A stretch of 43,163 bases of DNA from Nemertoderma westbladi (Eukaryota; Animalia; Xenacoelomorpha): assembly GCA_032718475.1 (NCBI GenBank), contig JAUCBJ010002965.1, positions 1 to 43,163 of the forward strand. The letters run 5' to 3'. Positions 1 to 12,351 of the stretch are shown here, piece after piece; within the stretch, counting starts at the first letter, position 1, and each line of letters opens with the position of its first letter. The notes under the pieces were generated by a model, which was not told the DNA's origin, made no database searches, and saw only the letters and a list, made by a program, of their open reading frames with translations. The translations under genes and the position numbers were made by a program.

Positions 1-1112
1 TACGGACGATGTAGACACCGAAAGGGAAATGGTTTTATTTAAATATCATGCCCAGCGGAGTCGAAACGATAAATCGAGAATAGAACACGAGAACCCTATT
101 CGAAATTAACTCGAAGGATAGAACGTGGAAGAAGGTTGATGCGGACAAATAAAGGAGAACCACTGGAGAAGAGACATGGGTTAATGTCCAGGGTCCATAA
201 TGTGAATAGTTTTCCCCGGGGCATGGGTGCTCGCGGGTGGTCTCCTTCGGGAGGCTGTAACTTTCTCTTCCTTCATCGTTTTCCTGTAATTATTGTGATC
301 AGTGTCACAATTAAAAGGCAGGAATGAATGATGATGTGACGGAAAACACATCCATTGTGGTATCTTATGGATACTATCGTATATCCTCCCTCCTCTCTAC
401 TCCTCTTACCCTCTTATATGTTGTTACTAAAGATACGACATATTTCATCCCACCTTCTCTTCCCAACGTGCTCGGAGCTTCGGGAAACGAATACTAAACC
501 TCCCATCCCTTACTGTTCATCTGGATGCTAATATTGGTGTCCGCACCTCCTGTCCATGTCATATTCTGTTGATATTTATGATATCAACTTCCACCCTCTC
601 GTTCTTGATTAGATAATCAACCACTTCCTAATTTCCTCAAGTCCACAACCGTGAAACAAGGACTGAAAGGACACGCGGATAGTTTGTGAACAACTGGTAC
701 CATTATGTGTCATAAATCTGGTTGTTCACCTCCCTTAATGATTGGGGATATAAATCTTATGTAGAACAACTGAGGCAAACATATCTTTGAGCTGGTGTTT
801 ACCTCATCACACTGGGGGATAAATTCGGTTGGGGATAGTACTCGAATGTTACAATCCTCCCACTGAGATCTTATTTCTGAATATTTCAGAATGCAAAATA
901 GTTTTTCCTCTGCTCTACCATCGCTGTCGGAGAACATATTAGGCATACAATGGGAATATGGAGAACATTCCATACCCTTTCGTTGATACTCAGCTGATTG
1001 CTCCTTGGGCCGAAGGCCGAGGTTTCTTTCGCACTATGTATGCCAATACTCCCAGCGGCATTACTAAAGTACAACGGACATCCATCGGACATCTTGCCTT
1101 TCAAGAATATGG

Positions 1113-2759
1113 TTGGAATTTCAAAGTTGGAAATCCTATAAATTACCAGGAGACGTATATGGATACGTATACGTATACGTATATGGAGATCATTACTCTC
1201 GTTTATATTTTGATGGACCATTAACTGCGCCTGGTGCCGTATATAGCTTTATGAGTGTTCCCCTTCGCCCTTCCTTAGCTATATACACGATCTTTGAAAA
1301 CGCAGCACTTGCCGGTTGGCTAGCCGATGTGTGCAGTCGTACCATACGCGCTCATCCCTTAATACTTGGAACTAAACTCGCCAAGTTAGACGAACACAAT
1401 AAGTTCATACGTTTCGAATGTTTCCGGCGCTTTCTGACTCCGTTCCGTAACGTCGATAGTCAGTTCAAGGACCGCGCGCTGACCAAGCTCAGTCTTAGAG
1501 ACTCAGCTGCGGAGAAACTGAGTAGCGCTGGATTTGCCGTCTTTCAAGACGTTTGTATACAGAACCTACATTCATCCGTTATACAAAGACCCCGAATATC
1601 TACAGGTTATTCTGTCGTGGAAATACAGACAGTGGGTCCACTTACGGAAACCGACGCACCCACTTCGTCTATGCAGCTGGAGGATGAACCAGTATGCTTG
1701 GAATCAGAAGCGATTCAACCTACGGCTTCCCGGAGCAGTGACAATGATTATGTCATAGAGTGGTATCAAGGTCCACAGCGTCTCACAGCCTACGATTATC
1801 GACACGCCAACTACGTTTCTCGAAAACGTTGTCGATTATGTGCATCGAGAGACCACTTCACTCCTCTAGACTCGAGCGTACCTTGTTCCTATTTCCTCGA
1901 ACAACCGATGATGGAAATATATTGTGCTTATTGCCGGCTTAATAACTCTCATATATTTGCCGTCTGCCCACAATTTATGACTCAATGTCACTACTGTCAA
2001 TTTAAAGGACATGAAAGTTACAATTGTCCCTTTAATCGCGATTTAGAGAGCGTAGACGAGATGATCACCCTGCGATACATCCGAGCTTGGGAAGCGAACG
2101 CCGATTTACATTGCGAATCCCGACATCGCTATTACCCTGGACGAGCTTACGAGGGAGTTTACGCGTTCCATCCTTATCTATTCGCGTCGATTGAACAGAA
2201 AACACGCGTACCAAGTTACGAGTTAATGAAGCGTGTTGGTGAGTGTATTTCCACCAAGTTTGTCAGGAAATACCTTAGAAACGTTAACCCTAATGATATA
2301 ACCACATATCACCTGATCAATTTTATCCGTCAGGACCCGGAGTATGGCGACATCTTTGTGAACTCGCATCCTGAACTACAGGAAATATCTCGGCGACCAT
2401 ATGAATATCGAACCCGAGAACGCGAGCTGGAGAGAACCATTAAACCGAGAAAGTTCCTCACTACTCACGGTCCACCCACCGCTAGTGTCCAGACGACCCG
2501 TCAAGGACCCGTAGGAGCTGCTGTCCTGAGACGCGCTCTAAAGGCCGTTAGACCTCACTCCACTGAGGTTGATATTAATCAACCAGGTACTTCGACCGGC
2601 GGGTATACCGATCGTAACCCTGCACCTTCTGATGCAATTATATTGCACCCTTCGCCTAGGAGCTACAGCCCTCCTCGTAAAGTGGCTCGCCCCAAAGAGA
2701 AAATGACTCTTGCTAGCTTTAAAAAACTGCGTAAACGCCGTCCGCGCAAGAAAGACTAA
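1113..2759 (+). CDS. Triple CCHC zinc-knuckle protein, probably a retroelement gag-like or accessory ORF (true start uncertain; first ATG at 1251)
   Basis: 548-codon intronless ORF. Motifs CRLCASRDH-x9-C, CAYCRLNNSH-x4-C and CHYCQFKGH-x4-C (the last is a canonical CX2CX4HX4C knuckle). Basic C-terminus KKLRKRRPRKK. Confidence 0.55.
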   Translation: MEFQSWKSYKLPGDVYGYVYVYVYGDHYSRLYFDGPLTAPGAVYSFMSVPLRPSLAIYTIFENAALAGWLADVCSRTIRAHPLILGTKLAKLDEHNKFIRFECFRRFLTPFRNVDSQFKDRALTKLSLRDSAAEKLSSAGFAVFQDVCIQNLHSSVIQRPRISTGYSVVEIQTVGPLTETDAPTSSMQLEDEPVCLESEAIQPTASRSSDNDYVIEWYQGPQRLTAYDYRHANYVSRKRCRLCASRDHFTPLDSSVPCSYFLEQPMMEIYCAYCRLNNSHIFAVCPQFMTQCHYCQFKGHESYNCPFNRDLESVDEMITLRYIRAWEANADLHCESRHRYYPGRAYEGVYAFHPYLFASIEQKTRVPSYELMKRVGECISTKFVRKYLRNVNPNDITTYHLINFIRQDPEYGDIFVNSHPELQEISRRPYEYRTRERELERTIKPRKFLTTHGPPTASVQTTRQGPVGAAVLRRALKAVRPHSTEVDINQPGTSTGGYTDRNPAPSDAIILHPSPRSYSPPRKVARPKEKMTLASFKKLRKRRPRKKD

Positions 2760-2837
2760 CTGTTTAGAGTATTTTTATATTTTAGAAACTGTGATTTTGT
2801 ATATTTTATAGACTTAAATCCCATTTTCTGGGAGCGG

Positions 2838-4077
2838 TGTAAAAGCTTTTGTGGGATAACTGATTCGTTTGCCTTGTTGGCCAGTTCCCCCCCGGTCGCT
2901 AGAATACTCTAAAGGGGATCTATAGCTAAAATAGTGCAAGCTACCAGCTTATTGGCTGATTTGCTGTACGCAGGTATCTGGGCTCTGTTTAATCGGCCAA
3001 CCAGCCTAGGAAGGTTGCGTCATAGCCTTGTTTTTGTATCTCCCAATAGAATTTGAGTTAGCCTTGATTTTGACATATCACAGAGCTACTGAACTGAAAT
3101 TTTCCTATCTCACTGCTCTTTCTCTGTGTTGAACGGGAGCTTCGTGGAATAAGGGTAGTTGGTATCCTCGTATAGAGTAGTAGTCACGAGTTTTTCAAAG
3201 CCACGAAAGAACGGCTTGTAGTGTTTTGTGCTTTCTGCTTTTTAGCTTAACACTAGTAGGTTTAATTATAAGGACATATATCCTTTATCTGCTGACACAC
3301 GGCACACACGGCTTTTAATAACTGACGTATAACTGCTGAAACTGCTAAAATTACCTGCTCAATCGATACTGTATACTGCTATTTGTTGTCGGTTATTCAT
3401 TATATTTGTTGATGAATTATTATATTGGAATAACGAGAAATAACCCCGAAAACCCAATATTCTTGATATACCGAAGGTAAGAGAGAAAGGTTACCAATAA
3501 CGATTGTGACTTATGTTAAAGTGGTTTGAAGTGAATCTAATGTTATTTGATAGACCCTACATGAGTCAGTCTGTGTTCCTTTTATATGTGACTAAAATCA
3601 GTGAAGATTGGCAGATTAGTGTGCAGTATTGTGCAGCATTGTGTATGAGTGAGTCTGTTAAAGAAGCAATTCCTAAAGAATGCGCCATATATGTGAATTA
3701 TAATTAAGCCATATCGTTGTGAGTAGTTTAAGTCATAACTCTGTTTATATAAATAAAGCGCCACGTCCTAAAGGAACTGTTAATATTCCCTAAGGTGAAT
3801 AATATTGTCAGAGATTATATAATACTATCAGTCGAATAATACATTAGGCTTACATAGCAATAAAATTAAACCGTCGAACCCAATCTCCCGGGAATATCCA
3901 GCGGGTGAATGATCGCGCACAGATTGGTTTCGACTAGTGTAGTGAATCAAATACTTGTCATAGGCTAAAAGGCGATTTAATATCTAGAAGACATCTTAAT
4001 TTGGCGGATTAAACTGCCAAAGGTCTGAAAGCGCGAACAACAATATCTGTTTATACAGGTAGTATTGGAATTCTACA
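2838..4077 (+). mobile_element. Possible 3' LTR
   Basis: Short purine-rich GGGAGCGG directly before TGTAAAA (2838); candidate end TTCTACA (4077), a 6/7 inverted match; internal AATAAA motifs. No second LTR in the window. Confidence 0.25.
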
Positions 4078-4797
4078 TGTTGGCTAAGGTAAACTTAATT
4101 TGGTATTCTGTATTGTACAGTATAACACAATTGGGATAATTTAAAACAAACAATAAGAGCATAGTGAAACAGATGCAATAAAAACATAACAAAACAATAT
4201 ATTAATTTAAAAAGCTAAAAAATTCGGGCATAACAAATACATGAAACTAAAAAATAATCAAATTAACGAGGAAAATTATAACGATCGTGATTATAGAAGT
4301 CTATTTAAATTTCAATAAGGAAGTAAATCGTGATCTTTAACTTTCCGAGTAAAAACTAATTTGTTTATCGCGTTCACTTCGTTGGCTAGGGACGTTTCAT
4401 ATGGGGACCACCCGGTGTTCGTGAGTAACACGAACAAGAGTTCGTGCACTTTTGCAAACGAGATTGCTGGTTGAAGAGCTTGCGATGGTCGGTGGCCTCT
4501 GAGGCAAAAAAAATCAGCACTATTTAAATAAGCACTATCACCAATAATGGAATACGTCATGAATAGGCGTAATAGTCCATTCACTGATTTTAAAATTAAT
4601 AATAAAAATATTTGTTAACTAGTTTCATTTTTGACATATCTTTAGATCGAAAATAATACGGCGTAATTCAAATTGTTCAAAGTTTCAAAAGGCAGCAATT
4701 CTATCTACATAACATTTTGGTTCTAAATTACAGCGTTTGTAAATACGACGTGTAAATAAATACCTTTGCTCTCGTTCAATTAAATCAATACTGTTAC

Positions 4798-5196
4798 CTA
4801 CGTGAAAAGCAGCAGACCACACAGACACAGGTGTACAGTATTCAATAATAATTGGTTGTATTTATATGGAATAAGTAAAGCAGAAACATTACTTGCACTT
4901 GCACAAAAACATTTGAAAATAATATTAATCATTTTCAATGCCTTTGCTGCGTGCTCTTTGAATTTTTCAAAAAAGAGGTTGGAGCACATAGTTATACCAA
5001 GGTCATCTCTGCAATACTCTTTTGAAGGCAACGTTTTAAGGCAAAAACTGTAACTTAAACCTTTTCTATCAGCTGAACCGATGTAAAGTACATTCAATCT
5101 TTGAGCAGCAATTGCTAATTTCCATCTATCACCCCCAACGTTCCAAACTCGATAGAGCACTAGACAGGTAGTTGTTACTCTGGGAATTTCTAACAT
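4798..5196 (-). mobile_element. Degenerate CR1/L2/Jockey-like LINE ORF2 C-terminal fragment
   Basis: DLGITMCSNLFFEK...KALKMINIIFKCF resembles the DLG(V/I)...L.F..H....KA...L..I.R.F motif found after the RT domain. Confidence 0.55.
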
Positions 5197-6036
5197 GTTG
5201 CTTTACAGTTTGCAGTTCACTAATATTTCCGGAGCTTAGAATGCGGTTTTCCATAGTGCATGCCGCTCTAAATGTGGATGGGAAACAGCTTTAGCGCACT
5301 TTTTGCATTCTCTTTCGCCATTTATAGTGTGCCGACGACGCCACAACTATTTCTTTTTGCGATGTAAAATTCGAACAAAGTAAGGGAAAACTTTATTTTT
5401 AGCACCTGTACGAAAACATTTAAAAGTAAGATATATACTGTATTATGAGCGCACCAGAGCACCAGAGCGTGCGGCACTAAAAACATTTCAGGAATTATTC
5501 ACTATACACATTCATCAAATTTAGAGATCCATTCTCGGATATCTAAGTAAACTGCCAAATCACGATAATCTGCATTTTTTAAATCATAAAAACCAATATT
5601 TTCATCTGTATTTTAAGTATTTAGTACGATTAGAAAATATTAAATTAAACTCAACAGGAAATGGGCATAAGCCATTTGGCAGGTTCGTAACCCGGATGTT
5701 AATAAAAAAAATAATGCTGTATCCTGAGTCAGGCAACATATTGCATATTGGCATTTTAATTCTAGTGTAGTGTAGTTTGTAGTTGGGGTGTACAGATGTA
5801 CCGGTACCGTACCAGTACTCCTGTACTCCAGTACCGGTACTGCGGTATAGATGACAAAAATATTTATCAAAAATATATTACTTTACCGGTAGGTCTGTTT
5901 TATATGATTATATTCCATATTCTCCAGTTTCAGCTTTGACAATACTGCAACTTCAACAGGTAATCTGATTAAATACTAAAATAGGCCTACATAATACAGT
6001 AGGTAATAAAAATATAAAATAATATAATAGTTCAAA

Positions 6037-6612
6037 ATGTCCGAGACCAGCGAACTGGCGTCTAAATTAGCACACCGTACAGCCGTGAACGAAGGCGAGA
6101 AAGCACCTAAGATGGTTGCCAGAACAAACATCTACACAGAATTCCCCGAGTTATCGAGAAAACAAATAAAAGAGTACGAGAAAAAGTTTCTATGCTACGA
6201 TGAAGATGGCAACGGGGTTATAGACATGAATGAACTCACCCACATGATGGAGAAATTGGGCGCCCCGCAGACCTACATATCGTTGAAGGCAATGATAGCA
6301 GAAGTAGATGAGGATGGCGACAACGCGATTAATTTCCGGGAGTTCCTTCTTATCTTTAAGAAGGCGGCCGCCGGGGAACTGATAGCCACCGGGCTGACGC
6401 GATTAGCCGAGTTGTCCGAGGTGGACGTCTCAGAAGTCGGAGTCGGAGGGGCGGCGAACTTCTTCGAAGATAAAATCCGTCGGCAAAGCGAAGATAATTC
6501 CTTTCTGGGGGAGATAAAAAAGGAACAGGAGGAAAAACGTTTAGAGTTGATAGAGAAAGCTAAACGCAAACAGGCCTTTATGGATAAAGCGTCTGCGTTT
6601 AAGACGACCTAA
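6037..6612 (+). CDS. EFHD2: EF-hand domain protein EFHD1/EFHD2 (swiprosin-1) homolog, CDS intronless
   Basis: SELASKL N-terminus, YTEFPELSRKQIK, two EF-hands (DEDGNGVIDMNE, DEDGDNAINFRE), MMEKLGAPQT, VDVSEVGVGGAANFFE and a C-terminal coiled coil; AATAAA near 6736. Confidence 0.93.
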   Translation: MSETSELASKLAHRTAVNEGEKAPKMVARTNIYTEFPELSRKQIKEYEKKFLCYDEDGNGVIDMNELTHMMEKLGAPQTYISLKAMIAEVDEDGDNAINFREFLLIFKKAAAGELIATGLTRLAELSEVDVSEVGVGGAANFFEDKIRRQSEDNSFLGEIKKEQEEKRLELIEKAKRKQAFMDKASAFKTT

Positions 6613-8624
6613 TGTCCGTGAATCTTCAGTTGTCTTGTCGCCACTCGATCAGTAGCTTCCCTTTTCCCTTGCGTATTCAATTATTTTTTAAATTTTTTTT
6701 GTCCGGGGACAAAGATTTTGGTGAGTCTGTCTGCAATAAATGCGCTTAATTGTTTGAAACCACGCACATCCGCCTTCGAGCCACTGTGGCTGCTACAAAG
6801 GACACTATGAAGAAAGCAACGCATTCAATTGCAGACCGATGTGCTACGTGCCCCTCGGACTGTAGTAGTTCGGCTACTGTCTGTCTGTATGTCTGTCTTT
6901 TACCCACAATAGTGTATTAATTGCATTAATTAATTTAATGGCTATTAACGAGTATTATATATAAATATCGTGTTGTGTTAATTGCTTTATTTATGTCGAG
7001 ATTATTATTTATTTTTAGTTACGTTCCTTCGCAGTTAACTATCTATAACTATAACTTATTGTATTTAACATTAAACTGCTTGTATAACTCTCTAGGGTTA
7101 ACGAATCATTAAAATAATATATTGTGTAATATGTGTATAATTCATGGCCCGTTAAACAACGTAAATTGAAATAGTTCGGTAGAACCCTGAGTATTTATTG
7201 TGCTTACATCATCTCATTACTTATTTAATTGTGAATATTGATCCTGAATAATGTTCATCTTCCTTATTATAGGGTTGCTTGTAATTTATTGTGCCTTTTA
7301 TTAAATATTTAAAGGCCCATAATTTACGTAATTGTTGTCCCCCATTATCTAATAAACAGTAACTATTAGGTATCGAAACGGGTGGAACTAAAAACAATTT
7401 ACTGAGTAGCAAATAGGATAATTAATTGTTTAGTGAATCGAAAAATGTGTTACAGTAGTCCTATATAACGTATTTTGTTTTGTGCTCGTTATAATTCATT
7501 TATATACCTTAATAATTATTAATTACGACTCAGTTATCACCAGTTGTAGCTTCCGTCCGTAAATTAAATTTACTGATCAGGTTATTTGTGTAGCAAATGT
7601 AACTATATGTATTTTGTATTGTAATTCTTACTTACCATTTCCTCTTGCCAAAATCCACCATTCTTTAATAATTTATATTTCATTTCGCTTCAATGTTACA
7701 CAATTCAATTGGTTCTTTGTAAACAATTTAATTTGTATTTCAATAAGAAATAAAACGTGACCCATTTAATTAAAGATTTCATCATATTATATTGCTAATA
7801 ATCTATTATTTAAGAAATGGGGGGCGGGGGTGGGGTTACTTTCTCCTCCTGGAAGATATATGATCATAAAAAATCAACTTGTGGTGATTTTATACAAAAA
7901 GAAGCAAAGCATCCCCCTCCCAACTTCGGACTTCCAAATTTACTAACGAAAAAAGGTAACATTATTATTATTAATTATATTATTATAGTTAATTATACAG
8001 TAATAATATTTTAAAGTTAACACTCATCCCAAATTGCTGGGGGTAATTTATAGCCGAATATGGGCATCACGCTTCATCTACATTTTAAGGTCTGCCCCCC
8101 CCCCCCCCCCCCCAAAGATGAGCCTGTTTAAGAAGAATAACGTTTCCCAATTCCGAGTATTTGCGATATTCTGAAAGATTAATAAATTGTCTCATTTATT
8201 CAACGCAATCTGATGTCAAAAATTCAAGTATTTTCGTAAATTTAAAGAAAAACATTCAAAAATCGAGAATGTCCGTAACGTCCGACACCGTGGAATTGCC
8301 CTTATAGCACCGTAATGGGATGGGTGAGGAGACGGATCTCCTTTGCCATAATTCGTGGTGCCTCTCACTGTCCAAGAGGCTCTTGGGTGAAGTGGCGCAG
8401 TGGGCTGGGGCTCGAGGATGGGGCTGGTCTCCCATACGCCAATGGTTAGACTCAGCAAAATATGTAATTTGCATTGAGCCTTATACTTACTATACCGTAT
8501 AGGGCTACAGTACATTATTCTTATCTCAATTGGTGTGTTTATACGGTAGTCCCGTATAAGTTTCGTTTAATTAATAAATTATATTAAATTTATTAACATA
8601 CTGTTAATTGTTTGTTCTGTTCAA

Positions 8625-8760
8625 AAGCAAGCAAGCAAACAGTCGGCCGAAGCCGGAGGCGACCCGAAGGCTCCTCTTTCGATAGCTGGTACCCGAGGGT
8701 AGGGGTGGGCGCTACTCCTATCCCAAGATTTGCTCCCAGTTATTTAACTGGTACTCATTT
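8625..8760 (-). mobile_element. 3' part of a SINE-like repeat with (GCTT)n tail
   Basis: Minus strand begins AAATGAGTACCAG (motif seen in central domains of invertebrate SINEs), continues as a GC-rich hairpin tail and ends in TTGC repeats. Confidence 0.5.
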
Positions 8761-9151
8761 GTCCTGATAAGAAATTTAAAAGTGTAGTATGTTTTATTTA
8801 GTGTGCATTAAAATACATATTAATATATAGACCAAAGTTAATAGTTTAATATTAAAAAATAAAACAGTGATTAAATACAATAAGTAATTGTTCTAGGAAA
8901 AAAAATAATAATTACATGAATAATTATGACGATAAAATAATAGAGTTATTAGAGAGATTAATTAATTTAAAGTGAAAAACAATGTAAAGTAATTCAACTA
9001 CTGTAATACTGTATACCGCAATGAAGTAAATGAAGCAACAATGTTGGATCCAATAACGAGTTTAAAGAAAACAGGTAGAATGTGGGAACGTGCAATACAA
9101 TAACATATCAAGAGAAATAACAAAAAATAAGTTATGTAAAGAAGGGGGGCT

Positions 9152-10943
9152 TTAATGGTGAAGATTATTATGGGGGCCCAGATCTGGAATAAGCCGCGGG
9201 TCATCAATAGAAGATGGTGGCATAGCTTGAAGAGATCTATGTCCTCTCAGACATATGCCTGCTGATCTCACCAGACTAAATGAGATCCTGCAACGCAGCC
9301 AGTGCGATACAGCTGCATAAGTGGAGCCTCTCTTCTCCGAAAGGAGACCTGCCAGGTGTGCCATGAAACGGCTGCACTCTGGCCCTGCTGCACCACCAGT
9401 CGAAAACACTAAAGCGGTAAAGGAGGCGCGCTCGACATTTATAATTCTATCATTGTAGGACCGACGCTTCTCCCCTTCGTGGCTCTTAAGAATAGAGTCT
9501 ATAGGAGAGGAGAGAAATGATGTTGCATTCGGGTAAAATACACGAACATCGAAAAAAGATTTGGAGAAGCGTCCCCAAAACTCCATTGCCGAAATATCCA
9601 GACGAGCTTCACTGGATGTGTTAGCTGAACCTGGGAATAGGACCTCACCCGTTATGGGTTGCAGTTTTGGCTCCAATGCTACATCCGTACACACCTCATG
9701 CAAGAGATTGGCCAGCAGATCGCGAACTTCATTGTGGCGTAATGCGTTAAAGCCGCATTTCTTGCAGGATAGAGCATGGTCGGGTGTAAAAGAGGCAGAA
9801 CAGACACAGGAGGATGGCATGCCAAATATAGGGAGATTGTATCTTAGAGCGATTGCATCTCGAAAATTGGATTTGTTTGGGCAAAACCTTCACACTCTAA
9901 TGGAAGAGCGGTCAACCACGATGAAGTGCCCGGGCGCGATGCATGGTCAAGAGCACGTGCCATTAGTGGATCACAAGAGTCCTTGATGATGGCTGCTTTG
10001 GTGTTCCAAAGCTGTATAGTTCTGGTTCGAACTACCGAAGTTATGGCTTTCTGAGCCTCTGAAGATGAGTGTTCAAGGAACATACTTTGTTTCTGTATAC
10101 ATGTTTTGTGCTGTTTAGTTACAGCACAAGAGTTGTCAAATTGAAGAGCCGCAGAAGAAATAGGATTTGTAATCCCGAGACCACCATAGCGCACTGGCAG
10201 ATCTAGTATGTCCCTAAGGCCTGAATCGCAAATGGAACCCAGTATAGATGGGACCAGTTTCTTGTAGATTGAATCTTCAAGTGGACCAAAGAGACCCTCA
10301 TCACCTTTGTACTGTAGCAGCGTTGGAAGAATGTCCATCTAGAACTTAGGCCATGCGTAAACGCGGCAGAGGCAGCATGTGGTTCGGTTTCAGCTATTTC
10401 TGCCAGCTTCTCAATCTGATCACACCAACCTGCAATCTTAGTCTTAGCAAACATTGAAGAGAAAACTTGTGTTCCTATGACCCTTCCTAGAAGGCGCTGG
10501 CCCTGGTCTGTAATTTGCACCCTCACTTCCTTAAATATCTCCTCTGCTGCTTCCATTAAACCTGGTTTTACTATAAGCCAAGACTTTTGTGCCTTAGGGT
10601 GATACCCATAAGCAGGTCCATGTCGAGAGATATAGTCCCACCACGCCCGAAGCTCCAACAACTTACCAATACCATTTGCATCATCTGCATACCAAACTGA
10701 TTTAGCCTTGGTTGGATGGTGATGTATCAGTAGGGTCACTGAAATACCATACCAGGGAAATGCAGCTGGGTCGCCCTGCGTTGTACCTTCCAAAGATTCT
10801 AACTCAATTGTGCCACAAAATAGTCGAATCCTCTTCCGGTATGTGTTTATCAGGTATGTTGATAAAGCTGGACACAAAATTCTTACATTATGTAAGGCCA
10901 TTGATCTGTTCAGGAGGCTGAACGCATTTGTAGCATCTATCAG
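9152..10943 (-). mobile_element. 5'-truncated, frameshifted CRE-clade non-LTR retrotransposon (RT plus restriction-like endonuclease)
   Basis: Three overlapping ORFs: LIDATNAF, GTTQGDP, WYADD (RT); LPVRYGGLG; C-x-C...HALSCKK..RHNEVRD zinc motif; RLDI...FFDVRV...EGEKRRSY...LVFSTGG (REL endonuclease). Confidence 0.88.
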
Positions 10944-11166
10944 GTAGGCCTATATCTATATATTTATATTTTACTTTGTTTGTCAAATTATAGAGCATTA
11001 ATACACTATATACAGGTTTGATTTGGTGAGTCTGGCAATATTATTTCATCCAAAATTTGATAATATTAATTAATATTATGATAATAATAATAATGAAAAT
11101 ACCGATTAAAAAAACATAAAACATCATCATACGCTTTTAACAAAAATTTGTCATAAACAACTAAAT

Positions 11167-11238
11167 TGCCTGGACCCGGATTCGAGCCGGGGTTTTTGCG
11201 GCCACAACGCAAAGTACTAACCACTATACTATCCAGGC
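11167..11238 (-). tRNA. tRNA-His (GUG), T-loop variant
   Basis: 72 nt. Acceptor stem GCCTGGA/TCCAGGC, D-arm GTATAGTGGTTAGTAC, anticodon arm TTGCG-TTGTGGC-CGCAA, T-arm CCCGG-CTCGAAT-CCGGG; T5 terminator about 20 nt downstream. Confidence 0.92.
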
Positions 11239-11599
11239 CTGCCAGCGGATTGTAAATATTGCTCATAAGGAAATTTATAGCCCTCTATCAACAACCTTCT
11301 ATCTTCCTTCTTCCATCTTCTTCTTCTATCTATCTACTTTCTAGCGGAAAACTCAGAATAGGATTAAAGTAACATGCAAATTTCACCAAAATTAGGTATT
11401 TAATGTTCAAAAGCCCCGCTACGTATTTGAAAAAAATTTGAAAAACATGCAATTTTTATCACCGGTACCGGTAAAGCCTACCTCGAAATAATTCGCAGGA
11501 CACATTGCAAATGTGGTGAGACATACTGTATGCCTAATATTAAATATAAGATGACCATTAATTTATTAATTAATTTATTATTTTTCTTTAATTTATCCC

Positions 11600-11658
11600 C
11601 TTTATTGTCCGCATTCGTCCGCGGAATTGCTTTAATGTCCGCATTTGCGGACAATAAA
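11600..11658. repeat. Small inverted repeat, probable MITE relic
   Basis: CTTTATTGTCCGCA ... TGCGGACAATAAAG with additional TCCGC/GCGGA motifs nearby. Confidence 0.45.
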
Positions 11659-12351
11659 GTACAGTAATTATCCACTCAATCTTCCAAAGATGCGGATAAT
11701 TAAATATTAATCCAATCAACGATCTATTTGTTTATTATGTTACTTTGGCATTATTAATTATACTGTGTAGATCAGTAATTACGTTGGAAATTATTAATAA
11801 ATTTAGCATTACAATGTTTAGTTGTAGGATCTTTTGCTCCACTAGCTAGTTTAATAAAAATTTTGGTTTATTATTTAATTAAAGTTCTGGAATATCATCT
11901 TCATTCACAAAGTATAGCTGAATTATTTAATTACACTACACAATGGTGAAGAATTATTGACCTTAAATTTGCGACAACTTTATTATATCAGATACTAAAC
12001 TTTATCAGTCTTATCAAACTTCTAATTCAAAAGTGAATATTTTAAAGAAAACAACTTTTACAAAAATAAATTATTTTTTTTGTCCTCCTGTATAATCAAC
12101 ATTTCCTCGGCATTCGACCTCGATAAAAATATGCTTTTAACAAGAGCTCGAAAATGCGAATTAGTAAAATAAATAGTTATTCTTTGATACTCGAAGAACC
12201 ACCGTAACTAGGCCTACTGTAATACTGTTGTTATGCAAAATACCGTCTTCCTGAAATTCAATGGAACTTTCACAAATATTGCAGTTGTTATGTCCCCGTT
12301 ACGTATGATCTCACTAAATAAAGCGGCCACTATCTCTAATTCCTTAATAGG

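Noticed and set aside
1830-2030. Nanos zinc finger
   Set aside because: Spacing does not fit the Nanos CX2CX12HX10C-CX2CX7HX4C pattern.
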